Source of the DNA: Candidatus Thalassarchaeaceae archaeon
GTDB taxonomy: Archaea > Thermoplasmatota > Poseidoniia > Poseidoniales > Thalassarchaeaceae
Direction: 5' to 3'
Length of the DNA: 54,055 nucleotides
NCBI GenBank assembly: GCA_030747675.1
Contig: JASLKH010000014.1
Location: 1-54,055 of the forward strand
A program made the translations under genes and the position numbers. The notes below the pieces were generated by a model that had not been told where the DNA came from, did not search any database, and was given only the letters and a program-made list of their open reading frames with translations. Shown one piece after another: positions 1-9,261 of the stretch (the first letter of the stretch is position 1; the number at the start of each line of letters is the position of its first letter).

Positions 1-26
1 GGTAAGTGATGGTGCTTGTGTCATGA

Positions 27-3000
27 TTATTCATCTCCAGAAGTTGGATGGATCCCGATTTCTTTTTCTGCCAATATTTGCATTGATTGGAATCCTCCTT
101 TAGTTTCTGCTTCTTCTCTAATATCTCTCCAAGATAAGATCCCTAAAACACTACTTGCAATAATCATTGAGGCAATGAAACTCAAAGCAATCATCAGTGC
201 ACAAAATAGGCCAAAGGCGGAGAAAAAGCCCATTGGTGACAATGAAATAATTGCAAATCCAGTTACATCCGATACTGCAGAACCTACAAGAGCAAGTCCT
301 GATGCACCCCCCATTGCTACTAAAGATGCGTGAGCTGAACGCCCTTTTTCTCGCTCTTCTCTGTATCTCTCAACAACGTGAATTACGTAATCAATTCCAA
401 CTCCAAGACTCATAGCTGCAATAGCAACCGTTACCATGTTCAAACTGTAACCAGCAGTAGCTATCAACCCATACAACCAAATTACTACTACTAAAATTGG
501 GAATGTTGTAATCATTGCAAATCCAAGAGCCCGTTCCCCCCAAGAAAAATTAAGGGCGAAAACAAGTACTGCACAAAGTCCGCCAATAGTCATACCATAG
601 ATACCTCCCAAAACAAAACCTACAACTGCCCCTGCGAGTACTGCACGAGTTTCATACCCACGATGGCGTTCTTGCGACAATTGGTTTTTATCGGGCCTAA
701 AGCCCCACCAAAGTGTGATTATGCAAAAGAAAACACCCAATATCAAAGTCCCTTGTAATTCATTCTGCATACTTGATGCTGCAACGTAACGAGTTACTGG
801 TGATCCTGTTGCCATGCCCCATGTAACTGGATGTTCAGAATTTGCCAAATCAACTGATACGCGCTCACTCAATGGGTATGCTGAAAGATTTTCAAATGGC
901 ATCAAATCTCTTCCAAGTTCACTCAATGCCTTCTCCGTGCCAGGAAAGTGCTCTGCCTGTCTTATGCCCCATCGCATAGTCATCCTTTCATAGAGAGGAT
1001 TGGAACCATCAACACAAAGATGAGTGGCACTGGAATTTAATTCACAACTTGGAGAGATATACAATGCGGGGATACTAGGGGGTATTTCAGGAATTATTCC
1101 AGCAGCAGGAATTCCATATTCCACCATATATCCATAGAAAAATTGGAGACACCCTCTTGTATCCATTTGAGGGATACCTGAATTTAATTCACAATTCACA
1201 CCATTCCCATCAGATGAAAAATTCCAACCACCTTGATAGAATGGTTCCGGGTTAGATATCCAACTTCCAAGTGCCCAATATAGCAACTCATCAATTGCAT
1301 GCAATTCTGCTTTACCAACCGGTGTCCGAGTGAAACGGTCAGGATCATCAGGGCCAATGATGTTCATATTTTCCCTTAGTTCAACAATTGCATCTTGGAT
1401 TCGGGGGTCAAGCATATCTCCTTCAATCAGGATAAATGCAGGTTCTCCTTCACTGCTAAATCGTTCTTGGATCAGAAACACAGCCTGTGCCATTTCTGAT
1501 TCTTCTTCAATAAAATCTTCAACTTTAAAATCTCCTTCAAGTGAAAGCATGGCAGGTGTGGCAAGGATTGTCAAGAGTAAAGTTGAGGCGAGAACAAGAG
1601 GGGCTATCCAAGCAGATCCACCTGACAACTTAGCAAGCCAATGTTCTGGAACTAGGTACAACCGTTTTTGACTCTCGTCAGGCAATTTATTTCGATGTGC
1701 AAGCCATAAGTCGACATCATACCGAATTAATGGGGCCCAAAGGCCTGTCAAGATGAATGCTGCTGCTACACCAAGAGCGGCTTCTATTCCAAACGAACGG
1801 AGGGCTGGAATACTGGATGTTAAATTCGCTGCAAATGCTGAAATTGTCGTTAACGAGGTTAGCATTATGGCCCTGCCCACTCGCGATAGACTGATGTGTG
1901 CAGCCTCTTCAGGCGTTTTTCCCCCACGGCGTTCTTCCTTGTAACGATGCAGAGCGTGTAGACTGTCATCAATACCTAAAGCCAAAATCAATATTGGTAA
2001 CAAATTGCTAAATTGACTTCTACTGATAATTGTGACATCCAATGATTTGCCCAGAAGAATCCCCCAGCCAATCAAACCTTGCATCCAGAGTAAACTGAAT
2101 CCGAGTGTTGTAGCTACAATTGCCACATCCGAAACACGTCGCAAACTTCCCCAAAGTAATACTAAAATGCAAATAAACATTGCACCCAAGAGAAATACTG
2201 ATTCTTGTAATTCCCGATTAACTTCAACATTAACTCCATATGGAGGTGCTAGTAATGTTACAGAATTTTGATCGGTCACACGAAGAGATTGTTCCAAACT
2301 GAGTAAAGCCCAATCAATCGAACACGGGCCATCCCCTTTCTCTTCACTCTCAATACATTCCTCCGGCGTCAATTCAGGTGGAGTAATATACAAATCAAAG
2401 TCAAAAAATGTCATCCCATTTGTTTCAGTTCTAGCCTCACTCCAAGAAAATGTGTATCCATTTTCTTCTAAACTTTCTCCATCTAATTGAATCAAAATCC
2501 ATGTCGCTGATGCAGACCACCGACCGGGTCTCCATAGAGCATTCCTAAACACTCCATCTTCACCTAATTCGCCACCAACTGGACCAATGACTAGACTATC
2601 AGGATCTGGTTGAAAACCCCTGTCATTCGATGTCCAACGCATGAAAATGCTGGGGCTGGCTATTATCATTCGATGTGCAGCTAAATCGATATGATCTTGA
2701 GTCAAATTTTCATCATCAAATCGTAGACAATCCAGGACACCGCAATCATACCAATTTGTCTTTGGTTCAACTACGAAACCCAATGGATCTAAAGCCTGAC
2801 GTGTGAGTAATGATTCATTGGCCATAAATGATTCAAACTGTTCCACCAAAGATAATGTTCCATTCGAACCTTGGCCAGTTAACTCACTGACTATTGGGCG
2901 ATAAAATTCAGAAAGTGGGTCTGTTCTAGCAATCTGTATTTTCTGCTCTAATTCTCGCAAAAATGTGAGATTCAGGACTCCGCCTTTTAGAATATTATTA

Positions 3001-3362
3001 CCAGTTAATCCTTCACCCTCACCTTGGTAAGCAACCCATTCAGAAGGTGTGGGTAAATCGGTACGGATAACTTCGCCATTTGAATCAACATGTGGAGCTT
3101 GTGAACCTGATTCTACATCACTTGGGTCTCTAATCGTCACCATGAAACCCACAGTGTGTTCTACGGCTGTAAATTCCTCATTGATGACTCGCTCAGCAGT
3201 TAATTCAGGGCTCTCTAAGTCATATGATTCGATATCAATTGGACTAAGAGTTTCGAAAAGCCCTGGAATCATCAACAACGAAATCAGAAGAATTGCTAAA
3301 TGGAATGTTTTACGCCTTTTCATCGCAAAATTTGCGACCGGAGTAAAGTCCCGCATGTGCAC
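27..3362 (-). CDS. MMPL/RND-family membrane transporter
   Basis: 1111 aa with two TM-bundle plus large-loop halves. RND/MMPL proton-relay motifs LALGIDDSLH and LGVGIDYVIH; RYKEER and RYREER after TM4 and TM10. Confidence 0.9.
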   Translation of the reverse strand: MHMRDFTPVANFAMKRRKTFHLAILLISLLMIPGLFETLSPIDIESYDLESPELTAERVINEEFTAVEHTVGFMVTIRDPSDVESGSQAPHVDSNGEVIRTDLPTPSEWVAYQGEGEGLTGNNILKGGVLNLTFLRELEQKIQIARTDPLSEFYRPIVSELTGQGSNGTLSLVEQFESFMANESLLTRQALDPLGFVVEPKTNWYDCGVLDCLRFDDENLTQDHIDLAAHRMIIASPSIFMRWTSNDRGFQPDPDSLVIGPVGGELGEDGVFRNALWRPGRWSASATWILIQLDGESLEENGYTFSWSEARTETNGMTFFDFDLYITPPELTPEECIESEEKGDGPCSIDWALLSLEQSLRVTDQNSVTLLAPPYGVNVEVNRELQESVFLLGAMFICILVLLWGSLRRVSDVAIVATTLGFSLLWMQGLIGWGILLGKSLDVTIISRSQFSNLLPILILALGIDDSLHALHRYKEERRGGKTPEEAAHISLSRVGRAIMLTSLTTISAFAANLTSSIPALRSFGIEAALGVAAAFILTGLWAPLIRYDVDLWLAHRNKLPDESQKRLYLVPEHWLAKLSGGSAWIAPLVLASTLLLTILATPAMLSLEGDFKVEDFIEEESEMAQAVFLIQERFSSEGEPAFILIEGDMLDPRIQDAIVELRENMNIIGPDDPDRFTRTPVGKAELHAIDELLYWALGSWISNPEPFYQGGWNFSSDGNGVNCELNSGIPQMDTRGCLQFFYGYMVEYGIPAAGIIPEIPPSIPALYISPSCELNSSATHLCVDGSNPLYERMTMRWGIRQAEHFPGTEKALSELGRDLMPFENLSAYPLSERVSVDLANSEHPVTWGMATGSPVTRYVAASSMQNELQGTLILGVFFCIITLWWGFRPDKNQLSQERHRGYETRAVLAGAVVGFVLGGIYGMTIGGLCAVLVFALNFSWGERALGFAMITTFPILVVVIWLYGLIATAGYSLNMVTVAIAAMSLGVGIDYVIHVVERYREEREKGRSAHASLVAMGGASGLALVGSAVSDVTGFAIISLSPMGFFSAFGLFCALMIALSFIASMIIASSVLGILSWRDIREEAETKGGFQSMQILAEKEIGIHPTSGDE

Positions 3363-3408
3363 CCACCGATGCTACCCCGGCGCGAATTGAATATCAACAA
3401 TTGTATAT

Positions 3409-4338
3409 TCAGAGCCCTTCTTTTTGAAGTGATTTGAGGACTTCACGTTGCTCATCTGAAATAGATTCTAGCTCCATCAAAATAAACTCAATATCAAGGT
3501 CGCCACCAGCAAAACCCTGTTTTGGTAATCGCTTTCTATCTCCAATTCTAGTTTCAGGTGCTACAGATAATGATACGGTATTACCTGCAGGGGTTGTAAT
3601 TCGTATCTTACCTCCAAGTATGAGGGTCGAATATGGTACTGGAACTTCTTGAATCAAATGATTTCCTTCCCAGCGGCGGCCTTCGTCTGCATCTATTCTC
3701 AATGTAACCGTGAGATTTCCTGGTTCTCCACTTGGATGTTCATTCCCCATCTTTGGCAATTTCAATTGCTGGCCATGGCTAGCTCCTTTTGGAACATCGA
3801 TTGTGAATTTGCTTTTCCTACGGCGGACACCGAGATTGTTGCAATGTATACAACCTCTGGCCTTACATTCATCACATCTTCTTAATCGGTTAACAGTAAA
3901 CTGAACTTTACCTCCTTCCATTGCCTTCTCAAAGTCAATGTCTAATGGCACCGTCATATCTGCTCCCTTAGGAGTTTCAGGTTGTACTTGCGAGCGTCGC
4001 GATTGTTGGCCGAAAGGAGATGAGGAATGACGTGAATCTGCACCCATAAATTGGCGAAGCATGTCACCAAGATCCATGCCACCCATACCACCAGGCATTC
4101 CACCCATTCCCCCAAATGCCTGTTTCATCTCTTGTTCCTCATCATATTGACTTCTTTTTTCAGGAGTTTCAACTTGTTCCCAAGCGCTTTGAATTGCTTT
4201 GAATCTCTCTTCTGCAGCAGCATCATTTGGATTTCTATCCGGATGATATTGGCGTGCTAATCTACGAAATGAACGTTTAATCTCAGCATGGGGGGCATCT
4301 TTCGACACACCTAATGTCTGATAGGGGTCGCCCGCCAT
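3409..4338 (-). CDS. dnaJ: DnaJ-family co-chaperone with a reduced zinc finger
   Basis: J-domain (DPYQTLGV...YHPDRNP), G/M-rich linker, CDECKARGCIHCNNLG and a DnaJ_C domain. The ATG at 4338 is preferred over the ORF-track start at 4419, which overlaps the divergent gene. Confidence 0.9.
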   Translation of the reverse strand: MAGDPYQTLGVSKDAPHAEIKRSFRRLARQYHPDRNPNDAAAEERFKAIQSAWEQVETPEKRSQYDEEQEMKQAFGGMGGMPGGMGGMDLGDMLRQFMGADSRHSSSPFGQQSRRSQVQPETPKGADMTVPLDIDFEKAMEGGKVQFTVNRLRRCDECKARGCIHCNNLGVRRRKSKFTIDVPKGASHGQQLKLPKMGNEHPSGEPGNLTVTLRIDADEGRRWEGNHLIQEVPVPYSTLILGGKIRITTPAGNTVSLSVAPETRIGDRKRLPKQGFAGGDLDIEFILMELESISDEQREVLKSLQKEGL

Positions 4339-4417
4339 GATGACGGGTAGAGACAATGTATCTTGAATCTGCGGCTGAAAGCCAATGCTGATGTGCGGAC
4401 TGCACGACGCATGAGAC

Positions 4418-5680
4418 ATGGGAGAGGATAGTCGCGGGATTGTTCGCTATTCCAACGCATGGTTCATCGATGTAGATGGGCGAACTCATCAAGGTGATTT
4501 CTTACTACTTCCAGATGGTGACTGGCTACGAAGTACCGGTGACGAAGACGTTGAATTCAATGTAGATGGAAATGGGAAATTATTGACTCGATCATTCCAA
4601 AATTGGCACACCCATTTAGCCATGGTTCTAAATCGATCTATGAGTGAAGGTTTACCGTTAATGCAATGGTTGGAAGAAAGTATCTTTCCTACTGAAAAAC
4701 GATTGATACCTGAATTTGTCGAAATTGGGACAAAAGCGGCTGCATCGGAACTAATTGCTACAGGAACATCCTTCGCATGTGATATGTACTACTATCCAGA
4801 AGTTGTTGGAAATGTTTTGGCAGATTCAGGATTGCGTGGAATTGTTTGTGGTCCAATCACTGATGGATTGACTCCAAACTTTAAGTCTGGATCTGGTGAT
4901 GCTTTGCGTCATGTAGAGGGACTAATTCGAAATGGGTCAACAGCCCCAGATAGAGTTGAGTTTGGAATCGCCACGCATTCAGTATATACTTGTCCTGAGG
5001 ATTTGCTAAAGAAAGCATCAGATGTTGCGGCAGCAACAGGTTGTAAACTAAGCATACATACATCCGAAACACGCCAAGAAGTTGCTGATTGTCATTCCAA
5101 ACATGGTATGTATCCTATCGAATATCTCGATAGTATTGGATACTTCCAAGATGGGACGGTGTGTGCCCATTGTGGTTGGGTAACGAAGAAAGAAATGCGA
5201 ATTCTAGCAAAGCACCAGGCACATGCTGTTCATTGCCCAGTATCAAACATGAAACTTGCAACAGGTGGTACTCTTTCATATCCTGCTATGAAAGAAGCAG
5301 GAGTAGATGTTCGATTGGGAACTGATGGTGCTGCAAGTAATAATGCATTAGATATGCGAAATGAAATGAAATTCGCGAGTTTGATTCAAAGACATGATCA
5401 TTGGAACCCTACTTTGCTTAATCCAATCGAAACATATGAATTGGCAGTTCGCGGATCTAAAGACTGGGTCGCATGGGATTTGAATGATATCAGGATGCGC
5501 CCAATTGGAAAAGATGGGAGACGTTTATTGGCCAATTTGATATACAGTACAGGGAATTGCATGGACATGTGGGTTGATGGACATGCACTACGATTAGACG
5601 GGTTGACAAAAGTACTCGATGAAAAGCAAATCATGAATGAATTGGAGGATGCGATAATCGAATATTATCGTGAAATCTAA
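4418..5680 (+). CDS. Amidohydrolase, MTA/SAH deaminase-like
   Basis: Metal-binding motifs NWHTH, IHTSET and AHC, plus HCPVSNMKL and LGTDGAASNN, typical of the MtaD/SsnA group. Substrate is not certain. Confidence 0.85.
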   Translation: MGEDSRGIVRYSNAWFIDVDGRTHQGDFLLLPDGDWLRSTGDEDVEFNVDGNGKLLTRSFQNWHTHLAMVLNRSMSEGLPLMQWLEESIFPTEKRLIPEFVEIGTKAAASELIATGTSFACDMYYYPEVVGNVLADSGLRGIVCGPITDGLTPNFKSGSGDALRHVEGLIRNGSTAPDRVEFGIATHSVYTCPEDLLKKASDVAAATGCKLSIHTSETRQEVADCHSKHGMYPIEYLDSIGYFQDGTVCAHCGWVTKKEMRILAKHQAHAVHCPVSNMKLATGGTLSYPAMKEAGVDVRLGTDGAASNNALDMRNEMKFASLIQRHDHWNPTLLNPIETYELAVRGSKDWVAWDLNDIRMRPIGKDGRRLLANLIYSTGNCMDMWVDGHALRLDGLTKVLDEKQIMNELEDAIIEYYREI

Positions 5681-5693
5681 CACATTGGAAAGG

Positions 5694-6728
5694 ATGGATT
5701 TTATGCAGGGAAGGAGGAAGTTAGCAATTCTCCTTGTATCAATTTTCATAATCCCATCCATTACTGGATGTTTTGGAAAAGATGATTCTGAAGATGATTC
5801 TGACCTTGAAGAAATACGTATCAATCACCTTAGAATGAAAGGTTCCCATAATTCGTATCATGTCAAGAGCCCCGTGCTATCATGGTATCAACCCGTGAAT
5901 TACACACATGCTTCAATGGATATTCAAGCAGATCGATTGGGTGTAAGGCAATTTGAACTTGATGTATGGTATGTTCCAGGGGTCGGGTTGCGTGTGTATC
6001 ACTATGTTGGTGATGATTATACAAATTGTAAAGGGTTTTCTGGTTGTCTTCAGGTGTTGCTTAATTGGTCAACAAGTAATCCCGAACATGCTCCAATTTG
6101 GATTTTTATTGAGCCAAAAGACTTGCCTAGTGCCGTTGAGGAATTGGATATTATCGAAATGATCCAAGAGGAATTAGCAGCGACTTGGCCCCGGAATAGA
6201 ACTGTCACGCCAGAAGACGTTCAGGGTGATGCTGAGACATTACGAGAAGGGATTGTTAACAATGGTTGGCCTACATTGAAAGATAGCAGAGGAAAGGTAC
6301 TCTTCGTAATGTTAGATAAAACCGAAATACGTGATCTTTATGTTGAAAGATATCCCACTCTCGATGGGCAATGGATGTTTGCTATTGTAGATGAGGCTGA
6401 ACCACTCGCTTCAGTCATTTCATTCATCAATCCTGAAACTCAGCAAGAAAGATTGCAAAATGCTTCATCAACTGGATTCATGATAAGGACACGCCCTGAT
6501 TCGGACACAATTGAAGCACGGGAAGGAAATTATTCTCGTTTTGAGCTGGCTCTATCATCTGGTGCACATTTTATTACTACAGATTTCCCTGGTAATGACC
6601 GAGAAATTGATTATTCTATTTGGTTACCTGAAGGGCCCGTTATGTGCAACCCACATACAGCACCTGCACACTGCACAACGCGTATGATAGAACCATGGGG
6701 CAACTATACTCCACTGCCGAGTATGTAG
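5694..6728 (+). CDS. Ca2+-dependent PI-PLC-like phosphodiesterase, probable lipoprotein
   Basis: Signal plus lipobox (ITGC); GSHNSYH, GVRQFELD, VYH, IFIEPK, SRGKVLF and SGAHFITTDFP match the PI-PLC catalytic-like TIM barrel. The start could be 5670, 5694 or 5703. Confidence 0.8.
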   Translation: MDFMQGRRKLAILLVSIFIIPSITGCFGKDDSEDDSDLEEIRINHLRMKGSHNSYHVKSPVLSWYQPVNYTHASMDIQADRLGVRQFELDVWYVPGVGLRVYHYVGDDYTNCKGFSGCLQVLLNWSTSNPEHAPIWIFIEPKDLPSAVEELDIIEMIQEELAATWPRNRTVTPEDVQGDAETLREGIVNNGWPTLKDSRGKVLFVMLDKTEIRDLYVERYPTLDGQWMFAIVDEAEPLASVISFINPETQQERLQNASSTGFMIRTRPDSDTIEAREGNYSRFELALSSGAHFITTDFPGNDREIDYSIWLPEGPVMCNPHTAPAHCTTRMIEPWGNYTPLPSM

Positions 6729-6772
6729 GGATGCTTTGATGGTTAGAGCCAAACTCCAAGGATTTGAGCAGC

Positions 6773-7942
6773 ATGTCAACAACAAGAGATATTGATGAAA
6801 GCGAGTTCAATGGATGGAATGGTTTACTTGGTGCAATTAATCCTCAAAAGGTAAAATTAAATATTCTCTTAATTGCTCTCCCAATTGCAATTTATGCTGC
6901 ATATTTTGCTCACAATGAGACCTTAGCATTTGTCGCTTCAATGATTGCAATAATGCCACTTGCATTCTTGATGGGGCAAGCAACGGAAGAAATTGCTCTG
7001 CGTACAGGTGAAGCATTGGGAGGTCTACTGAATGCAACATTCGGAAATGCTGCAGAGATGATTATTGCAGGAGTTGCAATCTTCGCTGCAGCAGAAGCGA
7101 TTCAAGATGGAGATACTGAAAGTGCAAATGACATGATTCAAGTTGTAAAGGCATCATTAATTGGTTCGATTATTGGTAATTTATTGCTTGTTCTAGGTTT
7201 AGCATTTGTGTGGGGTGGGATCCATCACAAAGTGCAAAGTTTCTCTCCTGCGGCTGTTGGTGCAAATGGTTCATTACTACTACTTGCAGTTATCACACTC
7301 ACAATTCCAACAGCATTTATGCTAACAACTGACAAAGCAGATGATGCAGTAACTGGGGCTCTGAACCTATCCCATGCTGCCGCAATTATTTTGATTGCAT
7401 TGTATGGGTTGTTTTTACTCTTCCAACTCCGGACTCATCAAGATTTATTTGCAACTGATGGAACTCATGATGAAGATGCAAATATGTCAAAAAGGGAAGC
7501 AATAGTTTTGCTAATTGTTGCAACTTTGCTAGTTGGTTGGATGGCTGAGATTCTTGTTCATTCTCTGTCAGTAGGGGCTACAGAACTGGGGTTGAAACCA
7601 TTGTTCATTGGCGTCATTTTGTTACCCTTATTTGGCAACGCTGCTGAGCATTTTTCCGCTGTTACTGTTGCGGGTAAAGATAAGATGGACCTCTCGTTCG
7701 CAATAGCAGTTGGTTCATCCACTCAGATTGCAGTATTCGTAGCACCTCTGATGGTCCTGTTAGCATGGACTCAGGATGTAGATCTATCCTTTAATTTCGG
7801 ATTGTTTGAAACTATTGCAGTATTCCTCTCAGTGTTAATTGCAAACGCCATTGCAGCCGATGGGAAAAGCAACTGGCTTGAAGGAGCAATGCTCCTAGGG
7901 GCATATGCAATTCTAGGAGTTGCATTTTTCCTACACCCTTGA
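6773..7942 (+). CDS. cax: Ca2+/H+ antiporter (CAX family)
   Basis: Alpha-repeat signatures LNATFGNAAE and GNAAEH, AVGSSTQIA, and C-terminal DGKSNWLEG. Confidence 0.92.
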   Translation: MSTTRDIDESEFNGWNGLLGAINPQKVKLNILLIALPIAIYAAYFAHNETLAFVASMIAIMPLAFLMGQATEEIALRTGEALGGLLNATFGNAAEMIIAGVAIFAAAEAIQDGDTESANDMIQVVKASLIGSIIGNLLLVLGLAFVWGGIHHKVQSFSPAAVGANGSLLLLAVITLTIPTAFMLTTDKADDAVTGALNLSHAAAIILIALYGLFLLFQLRTHQDLFATDGTHDEDANMSKREAIVLLIVATLLVGWMAEILVHSLSVGATELGLKPLFIGVILLPLFGNAAEHFSAVTVAGKDKMDLSFAIAVGSSTQIAVFVAPLMVLLAWTQDVDLSFNFGLFETIAVFLSVLIANAIAADGKSNWLEGAMLLGAYAILGVAFFLHP

Positions 7943-7952
7943 TGTGAGTGAA

Positions 7953-8483
7953 ATGCGAATTTCCATCACCGGAACTCCGGGAACAGGAAAAACAACCTTG
8001 TGTGATTTCACAAATTGGGAGGTGGAGAGTGTAATGTCTCTTGCGCGAAATGCTTCCTGTGTTGGGAGCCTAGACCCCACTGACGGAGCAATGCCTGTAG
8101 ATGTTGAGAAATTAGTTTCAGTGTTACACAAATCTTGGAGTGATGTGGGAAATCCAATTCTAATTGATGGTCACCTTTCTCATTACCTCCCAGTCAATGC
8201 AATCGTGGTTTTGAGATGCCATCCAGAAACACTACGTGAACGATTAGTAATACGTGATTATTCGTCAATCAAAATTGATGAAAATGTGGAAAGTGAATTC
8301 ATCGGCGTAATTTCGACGGAATGCTTTGAAAAGAAAGGTATTCCTACTCTTGAAATAGATACCTCGGTTATTCGAATTGAAGATGCTTTTAGCATTATTG
8401 AGGGTTGGGTCGCAGATGGTTTCAAACCCATGAGGCCAGAGCAGCCCATAGATTGGATTACAATTATCCACGATGGTGATTGA
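7953..8483 (+). CDS. AK6/Fap7-type adenylate kinase/ATPase
   Basis: ITGTPGTGKTT P-loop, IDGHLSH, VLRCHPETLRERL..R.YS..KI.EN. Confidence 0.88.
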   Translation: MRISITGTPGTGKTTLCDFTNWEVESVMSLARNASCVGSLDPTDGAMPVDVEKLVSVLHKSWSDVGNPILIDGHLSHYLPVNAIVVLRCHPETLRERLVIRDYSSIKIDENVESEFIGVISTECFEKKGIPTLEIDTSVIRIEDAFSIIEGWVADGFKPMRPEQPIDWITIIHDGD

Positions 8484-9161
8484 ATGGCGTTTGAAAAGGC
8501 TCGAGGACTTTTGACTCGAATTCAGCAACCTTTAGTTAATAGAATGGGGGGGATAGATCCTGCTGTTCTAACATGGATTAGTGTGATTTTTGCGGGCTTA
8601 TGTTGCTGGTTATTAGCCACGTCTAGTCGGGATGAGAACGGTGCATTACAACTTGTTGGTGCATTAGTGATGCTCTGTATTGCAGCCGAATTAGATGCAC
8701 TAGATGGTGCAGTTGCTCGCACTCATGGGAAAGTAAGCAAATATGGAGATTGGTTAGATCACACAATTGACCGTCTCGTGGATTTAGGCCTCCTCATCTC
8801 TATTGGTTTAAATGCTGAATGGATTGGTTTAGGATGGTTGGGCTGGGCGGCCGCTACTATGACCTTGTTGGGGTCATACATGGGCACCCAAGCGCAATCA
8901 GTGGGACTTGGTAGAAATTATGGCGGATTTAGCCGTGCGGACAGGTTATTGACCACATTTATTGGGACACTGGTTGCTGCAATTCAAGCATATTGGGGAA
9001 AGGGAGATCTTGCCATCCCAAATTCAATCTCTAATCTCACTGGAATCGATTCACTGAATGGCTTAAGTGCAATTTTGATTATATCTCTAATTGGAGGTAT
9101 TTGGACATTTTTAACGCGCGCTATTTCTTCACGGAAAGCACTTCTTTTGGAAGGAGAATGA
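8484..9161 (+). CDS. CDP-alcohol phosphatidyltransferase (archaetidylinositol-phosphate synthase-like)
   Basis: Signature DALDGAVAR...SKYGDWLDHTIDRLVD and multiple TM helices. Confidence 0.88.
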   Translation: MAFEKARGLLTRIQQPLVNRMGGIDPAVLTWISVIFAGLCCWLLATSSRDENGALQLVGALVMLCIAAELDALDGAVARTHGKVSKYGDWLDHTIDRLVDLGLLISIGLNAEWIGLGWLGWAAATMTLLGSYMGTQAQSVGLGRNYGGFSRADRLLTTFIGTLVAAIQAYWGKGDLAIPNSISNLTGIDSLNGLSAILIISLIGGIWTFLTRAISSRKALLLEGE

Positions 9162-9185
9162 CCCGTTTTTGAAAAGCACTCTCTC

Positions 9186-9205
9186 AACCCGCCTATAGGC
9201 GGGTT
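9186..9205. promoter_or_regulatory. 20-bp perfect palindrome (hairpin or operator) in an intergenic gap
   Basis: AACCCGCCTATAGGCGGGTT lies between the phosphatidyltransferase stop and the surface-protein start. Function unknown. Confidence 0.4.
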
Positions 9206-9261
9206 AGAAGGCGTCACCCTCAAATGGACCGTGAGTGCACGGAGCACATAGAGGCGAAGCC

